IMG/VR virus record: IMGVR_UViG_3300010366_000020
Location: 1 to 42,081 of that record
Direction: 5' to 3' (one strand)
Length of the DNA: 42,081 bases
Origin: a virus
Taxonomy: Duplodnaviria; Caudoviricetes
Numbering within the stretch: position 1 is the first letter of the stretch; every line of letters begins with the position of its first letter. Below the pieces are notes generated by a model, which saw only the letters and a program-made list of their open reading frames with translations, made no database searches and had not been told where the DNA came from. The translations under genes were made by a program, and so were the position numbers. Below, piece by piece: positions 27,348-36,168 of this stretch.

Positions 27348-27434
27348 CGCGGCGGTTCCTTCCCCGTGGTCCGTATGCTGGGCTTGCGTCGCACCAGCAG
27401 GCGGGCCGGACTCCCTCGGGGTTCGGCCCTTCGC

Positions 27435-28130
27435 CTACAACGGGGCCTCCCCTCCGGCTGTATCCTGGGCGGCCACGGTGCCCCCGAGCAGCCGATACCG
27501 ACCGGGATACGCCCGAGCTGCGGCCTGGGCGAGGACCATCCGCTGGATACCGTGGATGTGGCCGACGAACTCGCGGACGTCACCACCACGGGACGGCCCG
27601 TTGCCGATGACCTCGCCGCAGATCAGGTTGACCAGTTCGGCAGTCAGGTCCATGACCCGATGCTCGGCGGGCGTAAGCGTGGCCGCATGCTCCGGCACGA
27701 GGCGGACAGGCTTCCACCGGGTGGCAATCTCCGCCCAGGTGCCGCGCATCATGCCGTCTTCGATCTGCCACGGCTGGTCGGGGCGCCGCTCGCCGCCGTT
27801 GCGGCGCCAGATCCGGTCAGTGCTGTCGAGGACAATCGTGCCTTCGGGCGGCTCGGGCGGCAGCGGCGTTCCCCTGCCGTTGTCCGCTCGTGGCGCGAAG
27901 ATGTCGGGAACGCCGCCCCATCGCCGGCAAAGGTCTTCCCATGTCGCAGCGTTCCCGCTGCCGTCAGCATTGCGGGACACCCAGCACCGGTTGTCATCGG
28001 TGTCCTCGTCCTCCCGCCACCATAGGAGACCTGCGTTGCGATCACGCAGGATCACATCGCCGGTTGGTTCCGGCCAGGCGGCAATAGTGGCGATGGTTTC
28101 GGCGATGGCCTGTCCGGGTGTCTCATGCAT
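27435..28130 (-). CDS. Hypothetical protein
   Basis: ATG 28130 coupled to the upstream stop; two similar Trp-containing segments; FVGHIHGIQRMVLAQAAARAYP C-terminus. Confidence 0.6.
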   Translation of the reverse strand: MHETPGQAIAETIATIAAWPEPTGDVILRDRNAGLLWWREDEDTDDNRCWVSRNADGSGNAATWEDLCRRWGGVPDIFAPRADNGRGTPLPPEPPEGTIVLDSTDRIWRRNGGERRPDQPWQIEDGMMRGTWAEIATRWKPVRLVPEHAATLTPAEHRVMDLTAELVNLICGEVIGNGPSRGGDVREFVGHIHGIQRMVLAQAAARAYPGRYRLLGGTVAAQDTAGGEAPL

Positions 28131-28566
28131 CGGTGTTCCTCTCGGTGACGTGGGCGGCGGGGTTGAGTGATGCGGATGGCGGCTCGTACCCGTCTGCCAT
28201 GCGGGTTGCGATGACCTGCGTGCCACGGTTGTACTCGTCACCGACCACACCGCTGGGCCGCCCGGCGTTGCGGTACCGCAGGCGCTGCCACCAGTAGGCC
28301 GGAAGCCACACCTCCCACCGGGGCGAATACCCGCCGCGTGGTGGTGGTTCGACGCCGACGCGCCACAGTCGGCCGCAGTCGTCGCAGCGCCACAGGTCAC
28401 CGACGTCGCCGTCCGGGCGCACCAGCGGGGCGCTGTGCGGTGTGGGCTGCGGGTTGCCCTGCAGCCCGGCCGGTGGTGGTGGGGGTGGTGGGAGGCGGAA
28501 CACGACCTCCTGCATCGGCGGCTCGCAGGTGTGGGACGGCTGCTCACGGCGGCGGACAGTGCTCAT
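28123..28566 (-). CDS. Hypothetical protein (CxxC, poly-Pro)
   Basis: ATGA-coupled start; GDLWRCDDCGRLW. Confidence 0.55.
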   Translation of the reverse strand: MSTVRRREQPSHTCEPPMQEVVFRLPPPPPPPAGLQGNPQPTPHSAPLVRPDGDVGDLWRCDDCGRLWRVGVEPPPRGGYSPRWEVWLPAYWWQRLRYRNAGRPSGVVGDEYNRGTQVIATRMADGYEPPSASLNPAAHVTERNTDA

Positions 28567-28886
28567 CGCCACACCGCCACGGTTGCCTTCGGGTGAGCCG
28601 CGAAGTCGCCGGCCAACTCGCGCAGGAACCCCAAGCACGTCTCGTAGCTGCCCCAACCGTTGTCCGGGTTGAGCGGCTCGTACTTACCGGGGTTGTCCTC
28701 CATGTCAGCGATGGCCGCGCGCAGGACCGGCAAGCAGTCACCGGCGGTCTTGCCGTGGAACTCGGCGAGGTCCGCGCCCGCGAGGCGCCACATAGGGGCG
28801 ACGTTGGAGGTCATGTTGCGCCCCCCGGAGACCGTCGCGGGCTCGGGGCCGCCTTTGTCGATGGTCAGCCCGATGTCGTAACTCAC
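28563..28886 (-). CDS. Conserved-looking phage hypothetical protein
   Basis: AAGGAGG RBS; NMTSNVAPMW...YEPLNPDNGWGSY motif. Confidence 0.7.
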   Translation of the reverse strand: MSYDIGLTIDKGGPEPATVSGGRNMTSNVAPMWRLAGADLAEFHGKTAGDCLPVLRAAIADMEDNPGKYEPLNPDNGWGSYETCLGFLRELAGDFAAHPKATVAVWR

Positions 28887-28953
28887 CGCTGCCCTCCTTC
28901 GATGCTGGGTTCCCCGACCCGTGGCGTGCTCACGACTGACCTCCCTCCGAAGA

Positions 28954-29334
28954 TCATGGTCCGACCTCCCCGGCAGGCTCGGCGCGCTTTGCTCGGCTGC
29001 GGCGCCCCGAGTACCAGGGCAACGCGAGCCCGTCATCCTCACACCGCGGAACCACATGCAGGTGCAGGTGGAACACGGACTGTGTGGCCTCCCGCCCAGC
29101 TGAGGCGATCAGGTTGCAGGGCGGGGCCGCGATCTCCGCCGCGCGCGCCATCACCGCCCCAGTGATCCCGGGGGCGGTCGTGAAGTCCTTGACGTGCGCG
29201 AGCGGGATCACCAGCAGATGCCCAGGGGTCACCGGGTTGAGGGGCACGATCGCGATCGCGTCGTTCCAGCGGCGTGCCACCTCGGCCGGTTCGGTGCCGG
29301 CGACGATCTGGCAGAAGATGCACGACTTAGCCAC
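28954..29334 (-). CDS. HIT family nucleotide hydrolase (copy 1)
   Basis: CIFCQIV, PLNPVTPGHLLVIP, QSVFHLHLHVVPR histidine triad. Confidence 0.92.
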   Translation of the reverse strand: MAKSCIFCQIVAGTEPAEVARRWNDAIAIVPLNPVTPGHLLVIPLAHVKDFTTAPGITGAVMARAAEIAAPPCNLIASAGREATQSVFHLHLHVVPRCEDDGLALPWYSGRRSRAKRAEPAGEVGP

Positions 29335-30079
29335 GTCGGGCTCCTTCGGTGTCCTCGTCGGAGGCGTCGATCAGCACGTTCGGGTCGTCGTCGCGCCACG
29401 AGTGCCAGATCAGCACGGTCCCGTCCTGGTCTTCGCGGCGCACGCCGTGGTTGGGGAACACCGCTGTGTGGCCGGCGTAGAACTGGCAGCGGGTCACCGC
29501 CCCACCGGTGTCGGCGCGGCTGCGGCACTGGGTGTCGAGCTGGCCGCTGGCGGCCGCGCCTTTCCCTTCGCCTGCGCCCCGTGGCTGCGCTGTGGCGCGG
29601 TTCAGGGCCGGGTCCATACCGGAAGACCCCCCCTGTGGGTGGGCTGTCTTCGACGCCTCTGCGTGGCCTACAGCGCCGCCTGCGTCGATGGCGGCGAGTA
29701 TCCGCTGGGCAAGGTCGCGCCCTTGGCCGTTGCCGTGGGTGATCCACGGGGCCGCCAACGCCCGCACGGCGTCGAGGGTGACGTTGGCCCGCGCCAGGTC
29801 GGTGCGCAGCCGGTTGCGCTCGGCTTCGGCTTCGCGCAGCTCTGCGTACTCGGTGCGGGTGACGGCTATGAAACGGTCTTCGCCGACGTTGGCCTCCAGT
29901 TCGGCGATGCGCTCCAGCAGGTCTCGCCGGGCGACCCGCCACACCCGATCTGTGGCGGCACGCAGCGCGCGCTGCGAGTAGTCGTGGTCGTCGGTGGCGT
30001 ACTCGTACGCCTCGATCGCTAATGCCTGCACCTCGCCCGGGACGGCGCCCGGGGTCGGGTAGGCGGCGGTGTCGGTCAC
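29327..30079 (-). CDS. Coiled-coil hypothetical protein (AIEAYEYAT family, copy 1)
   Basis: Coupled to both neighbours; N-terminus paralogous to the 39765 ORF. Confidence 0.65.
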   Translation of the reverse strand: MTDTAAYPTPGAVPGEVQALAIEAYEYATDDHDYSQRALRAATDRVWRVARRDLLERIAELEANVGEDRFIAVTRTEYAELREAEAERNRLRTDLARANVTLDAVRALAAPWITHGNGQGRDLAQRILAAIDAGGAVGHAEASKTAHPQGGSSGMDPALNRATAQPRGAGEGKGAAASGQLDTQCRSRADTGGAVTRCQFYAGHTAVFPNHGVRREDQDGTVLIWHSWRDDDPNVLIDASDEDTEGARRG

Positions 30080-30285
30080 GACATCCCCCACTGGGCGCGC
30101 AGCTCCTCGGCGATCCGGTCCAGCTCGCCACCCAGCCGCTCGGTGAGGGCCTCCTGCTCAACCTCGGTGAGCCCGTCGAGGCGCTCGTCGAGCAGTTCGC
30201 CGAGGCCCATGGTGTCGCTGCTGACGTTGGCGATCTCTCCGAGGACGATTTCGCGGGCTTTGGCGGTGATCTCTTTATCGGTCAT
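30076..30285 (-). CDS. Hypothetical protein
   Basis: 69 aa, AGGAGG RBS, coupled. Confidence 0.65.
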   Translation of the reverse strand: MTDKEITAKAREIVLGEIANVSSDTMGLGELLDERLDGLTEVEQEALTERLGGELDRIAEELRAQWGMS

Positions 30286-30288
30286 CGG

Positions 30289-30684
30289 TCAGTCCTCCTG
30301 GTGCCGGTCGTAGACGGCCTTAGCCTGCCCAGCCGTCATCGGCTTGGTGGTGAGCACGATCGCGTACTGGTCGCTGCCGGTGTCGACCTCGTGCAGGCCG
30401 ACGGCGGCGCCGGTCAGGTCGTGCAGGGCCCGGGCAAGCTGGTCGAGGGGTAGCTGCTCGCGCCAGGCCCAGATCAGCACGCGCGTGGCGGTGTCGGCAG
30501 GGTCCTCGCGGGTCTCCACGGCGGCCCGTAGTACTGCGCCGCCGATCGCGTCCCGCATCTCGCCGCAGAACCGGCAGACGATGTAGGGGTCGTCGCCGTC
30601 GAAACCCCACGAGTGGTTCAGGCCATCCACCCGTCCCGGGGCGGGACAGATGTCCTCGGCTGGAGTGATGATGGTTTCGGTCAT
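30289..30684 (-). CDS. Hypothetical protein
   Basis: ATGA-coupled; H...CRFC putative zinc site. Confidence 0.6.
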   Translation of the reverse strand: MTETIITPAEDICPAPGRVDGLNHSWGFDGDDPYIVCRFCGEMRDAIGGAVLRAAVETREDPADTATRVLIWAWREQLPLDQLARALHDLTGAAVGLHEVDTGSDQYAIVLTTKPMTAGQAKAVYDRHQED

Positions 30685-31160
30685 GGCTTGGTGTGGTCTC
30701 CGTTCCGGCTCAGGGCTTCCATTTCGACCCGCTCGCGGGCACACACGTCGACATAGATCCGGGCATCACCGACGCCGGCTGCCTTCCCGCCACCCATGGA
30801 CAGGTCGATCTCGCCCAAAGCGCAGACCAGCGCGTACACCTGCGACTGGACCAGATCCAGAACCTCGACCGCTGTCTCGTCGGTGCGGACCTTCACCACG
30901 TCGCGGATGTCGGCCAGCAGCCACTCCAAGCGCTGGCGGGCCTCCACGTCGGCGAACGTGGCAACCCTGTGCTCGACGTGGGAGCACCATTCGACCTCGG
31001 GCCTGTCCGTGCCGTCGTCGTGCCAGTACTCGTCGCAGTCCCGATCCCCATTCGCGCAGCCCTCCGGGCCACGGATGTACTCCCACGGCTTCGGCTGTTG
31101 CGCCGCTGTCGGGGTCGGCTCGGGGAAGTTGATCGGTAGCGGGATGTCGAGATCAGTCAT
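30681..31160 (-). CDS. Hypothetical protein
   Basis: GGAG RBS, 159 aa. Confidence 0.6.
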   Translation of the reverse strand: MTDLDIPLPINFPEPTPTAAQQPKPWEYIRGPEGCANGDRDCDEYWHDDGTDRPEVEWCSHVEHRVATFADVEARQRLEWLLADIRDVVKVRTDETAVEVLDLVQSQVYALVCALGEIDLSMGGGKAAGVGDARIYVDVCARERVEMEALSRNGDHTKP

Positions 31161-31213
31161 GCCAGTCTCCGTTCAGGTCGGGATGGTCGGGAAGGTCACG
31201 GGCTGTAGGTCAC

Positions 31214-32572
31214 CGGAAGCCTCCGAGGATGCCCCGTCCTTCAGGGCGGGGAGGAATCGGATCGCCTGCGGAGCAGGACAAGGAAAGGATGACCTGCAAG
31301 GTCAGCCGTTTAGCCAACATCACGTCTCCTGGTAAGATGTGTCCTATGCGGACGGCGTTCAAGTGCAGGGCGTACCCGACGCCCGAGCAGGCGTCGCTTC
31401 TCAACCGCACGTTCGGCTGTATCCGGCTGGTGTGGAACAAGACCCTCGCCGAACGCCACGCCCGCTACCACCGCGAGGGCCGGTCGACGTCGTACGCCGA
31501 GACTGACCGGCAGCTGACCGAGTGGAAGAAAACCCCGGAACTGGCGTTCCTCGCCGAGGTCAGCTCCGTGCCGTTGCAGCAGGCGTTGCGGCACCAGCAC
31601 AACGCGTTCACCGCCTTCTTCGCCAAGCGCGCTCGATACCCGAGGTTCAAGTCCCGCAACGCCAAGCAGGCGGCCAGCTTCACCCGGTCGGCGTTCCGCA
31701 TGAAAGACGGGGCGTTGTGGCTGGCGAAGACCACGCATCCGCTGGCGTTCGTGTGGTCCTGGCCCGGCCTCGACCCGGCCACCCTGGACCCGTCGACAGT
31801 GACGGTGTCGCGTGACCCGGACGGCCGCTGGTACGTGACCTTCGCCGTCGATGTGGAAACCCCAGCAGTTCCCGAGCCGACCGGTCAGTCCGTTGGTGTG
31901 GACCTCGGCCTGACCGACTTCGCGGTCCTGTCCACCGGGGAACGCATCCCGCACCCACGGCACATGGAACGCCACGAACGCCGCCTGAAGCGCTACCAGC
32001 GGATCCTGGCCCGCAAGCAGCGCGGCTCGAACAACCGCAGGAAAGCCAAGCAGAAGGTTGCCCGCGCCCACTCCCGGGTACGTGACGCCCGCCGGGACTT
32101 CCTCCACAAGACCAGCACCAGCCTCGTGCGCCGCAACAACATGATCGCGGTGGAAGACCTCAACGTGGCCGGCATGGTCCGCAACCGGTCGCTGTCCAAG
32201 GCGATCTCCCGCACCGGGTGGGGCGAGTTCCGCACCCTGCTGGCCTACAAAGCCCACCGCGACGGGCGGCACCTCGCCGTGGTTGACCGGTGGTACCCCT
32301 CCTCCAAGACCTGCTCCGCGTGCGGGAACCTGCTCGCCGCGCTGAGCCTCGGGACACGCCACTGGACGTGCCCCGGCTGCGGCACCCGACACGATCGGGA
32401 CATCAACGCCGCCAAGAACATCTTGGTCGCGGCTGGGCTGGTCGAGACCTAAAACGCCTGCGGAGCGGATGTCAGACACGAGGGGCAACCTTCCGTGCAG
32501 TCTGCTGTGAACCAGGAACCCCCAGGGGCGACCATGGGGAATCCCCCGCCTTCAGGCGGGGGAGGAAGTCAA
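31214..32572 (+). mobile_element. Non-autonomous IS200/IS605-family (tnpB-only) insertion
   Basis: Left hairpin GATG-CCCCGTCC-TTCA-GGGCGGGG downstream of TCAC; right end GAAT-CCCCCGCC-TTCA-GGCGGGGG-AGGAAG-TCAA; no tnpA; lies opposite to the phage genes. Confidence 0.88.
31346..32452 (+). CDS. tnpB: TnpB RNA-guided endonuclease
   Basis: MRTAFKCRAYPT HTH; RuvC GVDLG, VEDL and DRDINAAKN; CSAC/CPGC zinc ribbon; TAAGAT -10 seven nt upstream (leaderless). Confidence 0.95.
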   Translation: MRTAFKCRAYPTPEQASLLNRTFGCIRLVWNKTLAERHARYHREGRSTSYAETDRQLTEWKKTPELAFLAEVSSVPLQQALRHQHNAFTAFFAKRARYPRFKSRNAKQAASFTRSAFRMKDGALWLAKTTHPLAFVWSWPGLDPATLDPSTVTVSRDPDGRWYVTFAVDVETPAVPEPTGQSVGVDLGLTDFAVLSTGERIPHPRHMERHERRLKRYQRILARKQRGSNNRRKAKQKVARAHSRVRDARRDFLHKTSTSLVRRNNMIAVEDLNVAGMVRNRSLSKAISRTGWGEFRTLLAYKAHRDGRHLAVVDRWYPSSKTCSACGNLLAALSLGTRHWTCPGCGTRHDRDINAAKNILVAAGLVET

Positions 32573-32592
32573 AGGACGGGTCAGGCAGCCGG
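32400..32592 (+). ncRNA. Predicted TnpB omega/reRNA (scaffold to 32572, guide = right flank)
   Basis: Inferred from established TnpB biology: the RNA overlaps the tnpB 3' end and IS right end. The 5' boundary is approximate. Confidence 0.6.
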
Positions 32593-33423
32593 GTCCTCAC
32601 CGCGTAGCCGGGCGAGGTAGTACGGGTTCGGCTGGTCGTCGGTGCGCGTGTGGTGCCGCTGAAGCCGATTCCAGGTTTTCGTCGCCCACCGCAGCTTCTC
32701 CGGATCACCTGCGGGGATGTCGACACGCAACTGGGCGAGCAACGCCCGCACCTCGGGGGACCGGTCGCGGACGGTCGAGTCCGGCGTCGGCGTCTCGGTG
32801 GGCGCGGCTGGTGCGGCGTGACGCGGCTGATACCGGCGGTCATCCCCGCGCATCGCCACGACGATGCAGGACTGGGCGATGCGGGACACGATCTGCTCGG
32901 AGAAGTCGCCGGAAAGCAGCTTTGGCGGCACGTTCGCCGTCAAGATCGTGGCCAACCGGTTACGGCGACGGTAGTCGACGACCCGCCACAGTTCCTCGAT
33001 CGCCCATTCGGAGTTCGTCTTCACCATGCCCAAGTCGTCGACGATGAGCAGGTCCGCGCGCTCGTATCGGCACCCGTCTACCTGCGCCGCTGATGGTCGG
33101 CGGGATTCGAGCAGCGCCGAGAACGTGACCAGATCCCACGCCACCGTGCGCGGCACCTGGACGGCCTCGCGGAGGGCGGCCACGGCGGCGTGGGTTTTCC
33201 CGACCCCAACCGAGCCGAACAGGTACAACCACGGCGCCGCGTTCTGGTCGGCCTGCCATAGGCGTACCCACTCGGCGACCTGCGGGTTGTCGGTCGTGGC
33301 GTCGGTGTACCCGTCGGCGATCCGGGCCAGTCTCGCGGCCGTCACCGCGACGTTGCGGGCGATCAGGAACCCGGCCCGGTTCACGCTGGCATCGGCGGGG
33401 ATTGCCGAGTGGTCGATGGTCAT
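32581..33423 (-). CDS. DnaC/IstB-like ATPase (helicase loader)
   Basis: GSVGVGKT Walker A, LLIVDDLG Walker B, TILTAN, IVSRI...GDDRR; ATGA-coupled to rep. Confidence 0.88.
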   Translation of the reverse strand: MTIDHSAIPADASVNRAGFLIARNVAVTAARLARIADGYTDATTDNPQVAEWVRLWQADQNAAPWLYLFGSVGVGKTHAAVAALREAVQVPRTVAWDLVTFSALLESRRPSAAQVDGCRYERADLLIVDDLGMVKTNSEWAIEELWRVVDYRRRNRLATILTANVPPKLLSGDFSEQIVSRIAQSCIVVAMRGDDRRYQPRHAAPAAPTETPTPDSTVRDRSPEVRALLAQLRVDIPAGDPEKLRWATKTWNRLQRHHTRTDDQPNPYYLARLRGEDPAA

Positions 33424-34499
33424 CGGAAGCTCCAGAGACTCTCGTCGTCGTAGTTGATCGACCCGTCGCGGGTGTTCTGACCGCGCAGCTTGTTCGCGGC
33501 GCTCGGTGGGCGCGCCAGTACATGCTCGCTGGCGGTCAATATCCAGTTCCGCCACGTTGCGGCCCAGTCCACCTTGGTCGCGTCCTTGCCAGATTTGGCT
33601 TGCCAGTAGTTGACGAACTTCTCCGTTTCCAGGCGACCGTCCACGTTGGGCGCCTTCTCCCGAGCCCACGTGACCATCTGCGGGGTCACAGTGAAGTCGG
33701 CGGGGATTCTGGTTCCTCGTTTGGCGCGCTCTTGCGCGCTCGAAGCCGAAGGCTTCGCGGAGTCCGGGGAATGGGGATCGGGGAAACCACTACTTACGGC
33801 CGTAACCACTCCCCATTCCCCGGGAGTGCCGGGCGTAGCCTCCCCGGAAGGGTTATCGGAAGCCTTTTCGCCTGCGGAAACGCCAGTAGGTGGTTGTGGC
33901 CGTGTGTCAATGTCCTGTTTGCCCTGTTCCCGCATTGCGGGACTATCTTTGAATGTCCGTCGATGCGCTGAGGCCTCGCCGCTCGTGCCCGAGGAAGGGT
34001 TCTCGGAAGGGTTCCCGGTACCCCCAATGGGTGAGGCATTCAAGATCACGGTAAGGGTTTCGACCATCTCTGCAACGATGGCGGCCGAGGATTCCGCCAT
34101 AGGTTCGCCCGCCACTCGACGCAGCTCCGTGAGCAGCGCACATCGGATCAGCGGACTCGACACCAACGGCAGGTGATCGGCGGCAGCACGTAGTACGTTG
34201 GGCTGCCGATACACCTTGTCGCGGCGGATGAATGAGCGGATCAACAACTCCTCGGTGTCCTCGTCGACCACCACGAAGCCAGATGCGCTCAACTCGACAA
34301 TGCCCTTCTGGACATCAGCGACGGTCAGCCCAGCCGCGAGGCGTGCCCAGCGTCGCTCCCGAAGGGCGAGTACGCCGTCATGGGCAAGGTCGGACTGTGA
34401 CAACAGGAACATGAACATCCGCTGCGCCGTCGGCGAGCGGGCTATAAAGTCTGGGTCCTCCCAGATCGCGGTGAGGAGCCGCGCTTCGCTGCGTGCCAC
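33420..34499 (-). CDS. Phage replication initiator (Rep)
   Basis: IWEDPDF...LLSQ...RRWA wHTH N-terminus; RGTRIPADF...FVNYW...DWAATWRNW C-terminus; upstream of the loader. Confidence 0.8.
   Translation of the reverse strand: MARSEARLLTAIWEDPDFIARSPTAQRMFMFLLSQSDLAHDGVLALRERRWARLAAGLTVADVQKGIVELSASGFVVVDEDTEELLIRSFIRRDKVYRQPNVLRAAADHLPLVSSPLIRCALLTELRRVAGEPMAESSAAIVAEMVETLTVILNASPIGGTGNPSENPSSGTSGEASAHRRTFKDSPAMREQGKQDIDTRPQPPTGVSAGEKASDNPSGEATPGTPGEWGVVTAVSSGFPDPHSPDSAKPSASSAQERAKRGTRIPADFTVTPQMVTWAREKAPNVDGRLETEKFVNYWQAKSGKDATKVDWAATWRNWILTASEHVLARPPSAANKLRGQNTRDGSINYDDESLWSFR
33846..34059. repeat. Iteron-like GGAAGGGTT repeats within rep (putative origin)
   Basis: GGAAGGGTT at 33846, 33993 and 34005; GTAAGGGTT at 34051. 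Confidence 0.5.
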
Positions 34500-34522
34500 G
34501 GATACCCCGTTCTATGCGGTCA

Positions 34523-35670
34523 TCAGAAAGGTGGTTCGCTTGCGGACCACGGATCGGTCGGGACTTCGGCGTAGCGGTCAATCGCGAGGAGCTTCGGCAA
34601 GGTCGAGTCGCCCGCGCGAGCAGTAAGGGCGCCTCGTACTGCCTTTGCGATATGGGTCGCGCAGAATGCCACGTGACCGGCGCACTTCATGGCTCCCCGC
34701 GGAAGGCAGTCAGCGCAGTCGATAATCCATACGCGCCACGTAGCCCGCTGTGGACACTTGGCCCAGCGCCCAGCGTCGGCGTAACACATGCCGTGCAGGA
34801 CACGGCCGGTCTCCCGGTATCTCTGCGCCATCCGCATGGCCCGCGCCCGGATGTGGTCGCCAGATGGCCCCTCCTCGTGGTCGTCGGAGCCAAGGGCGCA
34901 TGCGAGCCATTCGACCTGCTCGTCGTGGGGAAGAAGCCCGAAGTTGGCGGCATAGATTCGGTCTTCAGCGAACCGCGCCGCACGGCACGGCACAGCACAT
35001 CGATGTTGTCGTGCTGGCTGCCCATGAACTCGATAACATCTTGCCGAGCAGCCTCAAAATCGGCTTCACGCTCATTTTCCGGGAAGGCGTAGAGAAGGTT
35101 TTCGAGCGCATTCTCAAGCGACGTCCTGTGATCCGCTGCCTGCTCCATCGCGGCAACAGCAAGGTTGACTGTGTCGTCGCTGGATACGGCATCGCCTTGC
35201 CACTCGGCTCGGCGACGGATACCCGGCATATCGCCCGGGTCATAGACGTACTCCAGGATGTGCTCAGCGAGAGCATGCATCCCCTGCTCATGCCCTTGCT
35301 CATGCGCGGGGGCTGCAATGATGTTGCGTTCTACAGGATGGAGTCGTCGGATCTTCTCCTCGGTGTTGAGATCGTCGAAAGACGACTCGACGAGAGCAAG
35401 ATCGTTATGCGTATCGTTGAACAGTGGGCCTTCGGTCTCGATGGCGTGCTTCTCTGCGTCGAGGGCTGCCCGGCGGATGGGGAAATACTCAACCTGCACT
35501 CGGCTGATCGCTAACCACCACGCCTTGTCGGACCGATGCTGCCGGAGCCGGGCGGGCAGGTTGACCGAGATGCCGATGTACAACAGGGCGTCTGTCCGGT
35601 CAAAGAACCGGTAAAGGGCGTGCGGCATTTGCGGCAGTTTCATCGTTGCAACGCTGACGCGATCAACCAT
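34523..35670 (-). pseudogene. GIY-YIG nuclease-domain protein, frameshifted by a 5-bp repeat expansion
   Basis: ALYRFFDRTDALLYIGISVNLPARLRQH...AEKHAIETEGPLFN; removing one GTGCC unit at 34979-34998 joins the two ORFs as IDVLCRAARFAEDRI. Confidence 0.7.
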
Positions 35671-35697
35671 TCGGGTCTCCCGGCGGGCAGGGGCAAT

Positions 35698-35785
35698 TCG
35701 TAGGTCCAACTGTAGGCCCATTTGAACCACGGGACAACACTCGTAGGTCCGTTTGTTGCCCTGTCGGGGCATACAGCCGTACCCT
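35698..35785. promoter_or_regulatory. Divergent promoters with direct-repeat operator candidates
   Basis: Minus strand TTGTCC-N17-TACAGT (35709-35737); plus strand TTGCCC-N18-TACCCT (35756-35785); TCGTAGGTCC at 35698 and 35741. Confidence 0.55.
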
Positions 35786-35791
35786 GTCTGC

Positions 35792-35992
35792 ATGGCTACC
35801 GAGAGCGACGTGCGCCGCGTGCGGATCGACGCGGAGACGTGGGCTGCATATGCCGAGGTGGTCGGCGATGCGGGACGCTCGGCGGACATCAAGGCGTACG
35901 TCGAGTGGCGCCTCGACAACCCGGCCACCCCCCTGCCGGGCAGGCGTCGCGGGCCGGTCAAGAAGAGCCGCCGCACCTCCGCTGACACCTAG
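35792..35992 (+). CDS. Ribbon-helix-helix-like DNA-binding protein
   Basis: VRRVRIDAETWAAYAEVVG...RSADIKAYVEW; leaderless start 6 nt after TACCCT. Confidence 0.7.
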   Translation: MATESDVRRVRIDAETWAAYAEVVGDAGRSADIKAYVEWRLDNPATPLPGRRRGPVKKSRRTSADT

Positions 35993-35997
35993 CCCGT

Positions 35998-36168
35998 TCA
36001 TGCGGCCTTCTTTCCCTTGCCCGCCAGCCACGCCAGCGCGGGCTTTTTGCCCATGTGCCTGCTCTGGTAGTGCGTCTCCAGCGCCTCGAACGCTGTGTTC
36101 GGGTCGGCACCGACTCCGCGCGTCGGGCACAGCCAGCAGCGCCACGGCCTGCCGGTCTCGGCACTCAT
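35998..36168 (-). CDS. 56-aa CxxC...HxxxxH zinc-finger-like protein
   Basis: Hand-translated: MSAETGRPWRCWLCPTRGVGADPNTAFEALETHYQSRHMGKKPALAWLAGKGKKAA; below the ORF-track cutoff. Confidence 0.6.
   Translation of the reverse strand: MSAETGRPWRCWLCPTRGVGADPNTAFEALETHYQSRHMGKKPALAWLAGKGKKAA

Noticed and set aside
28883-28957. 24-codon ORF MIFGGRSVVSTPRVGEPSIEGGQR bridging two genes
   Set aside because: Probably a deletion remnant that preserves coupling; too short to support as a gene.
31210-31440. tnpA transposase upstream of tnpB
   Set aside because: Only about 130 bp lie between the left end and tnpB, and the minus-strand ORF has no HUH/Y1 motif.
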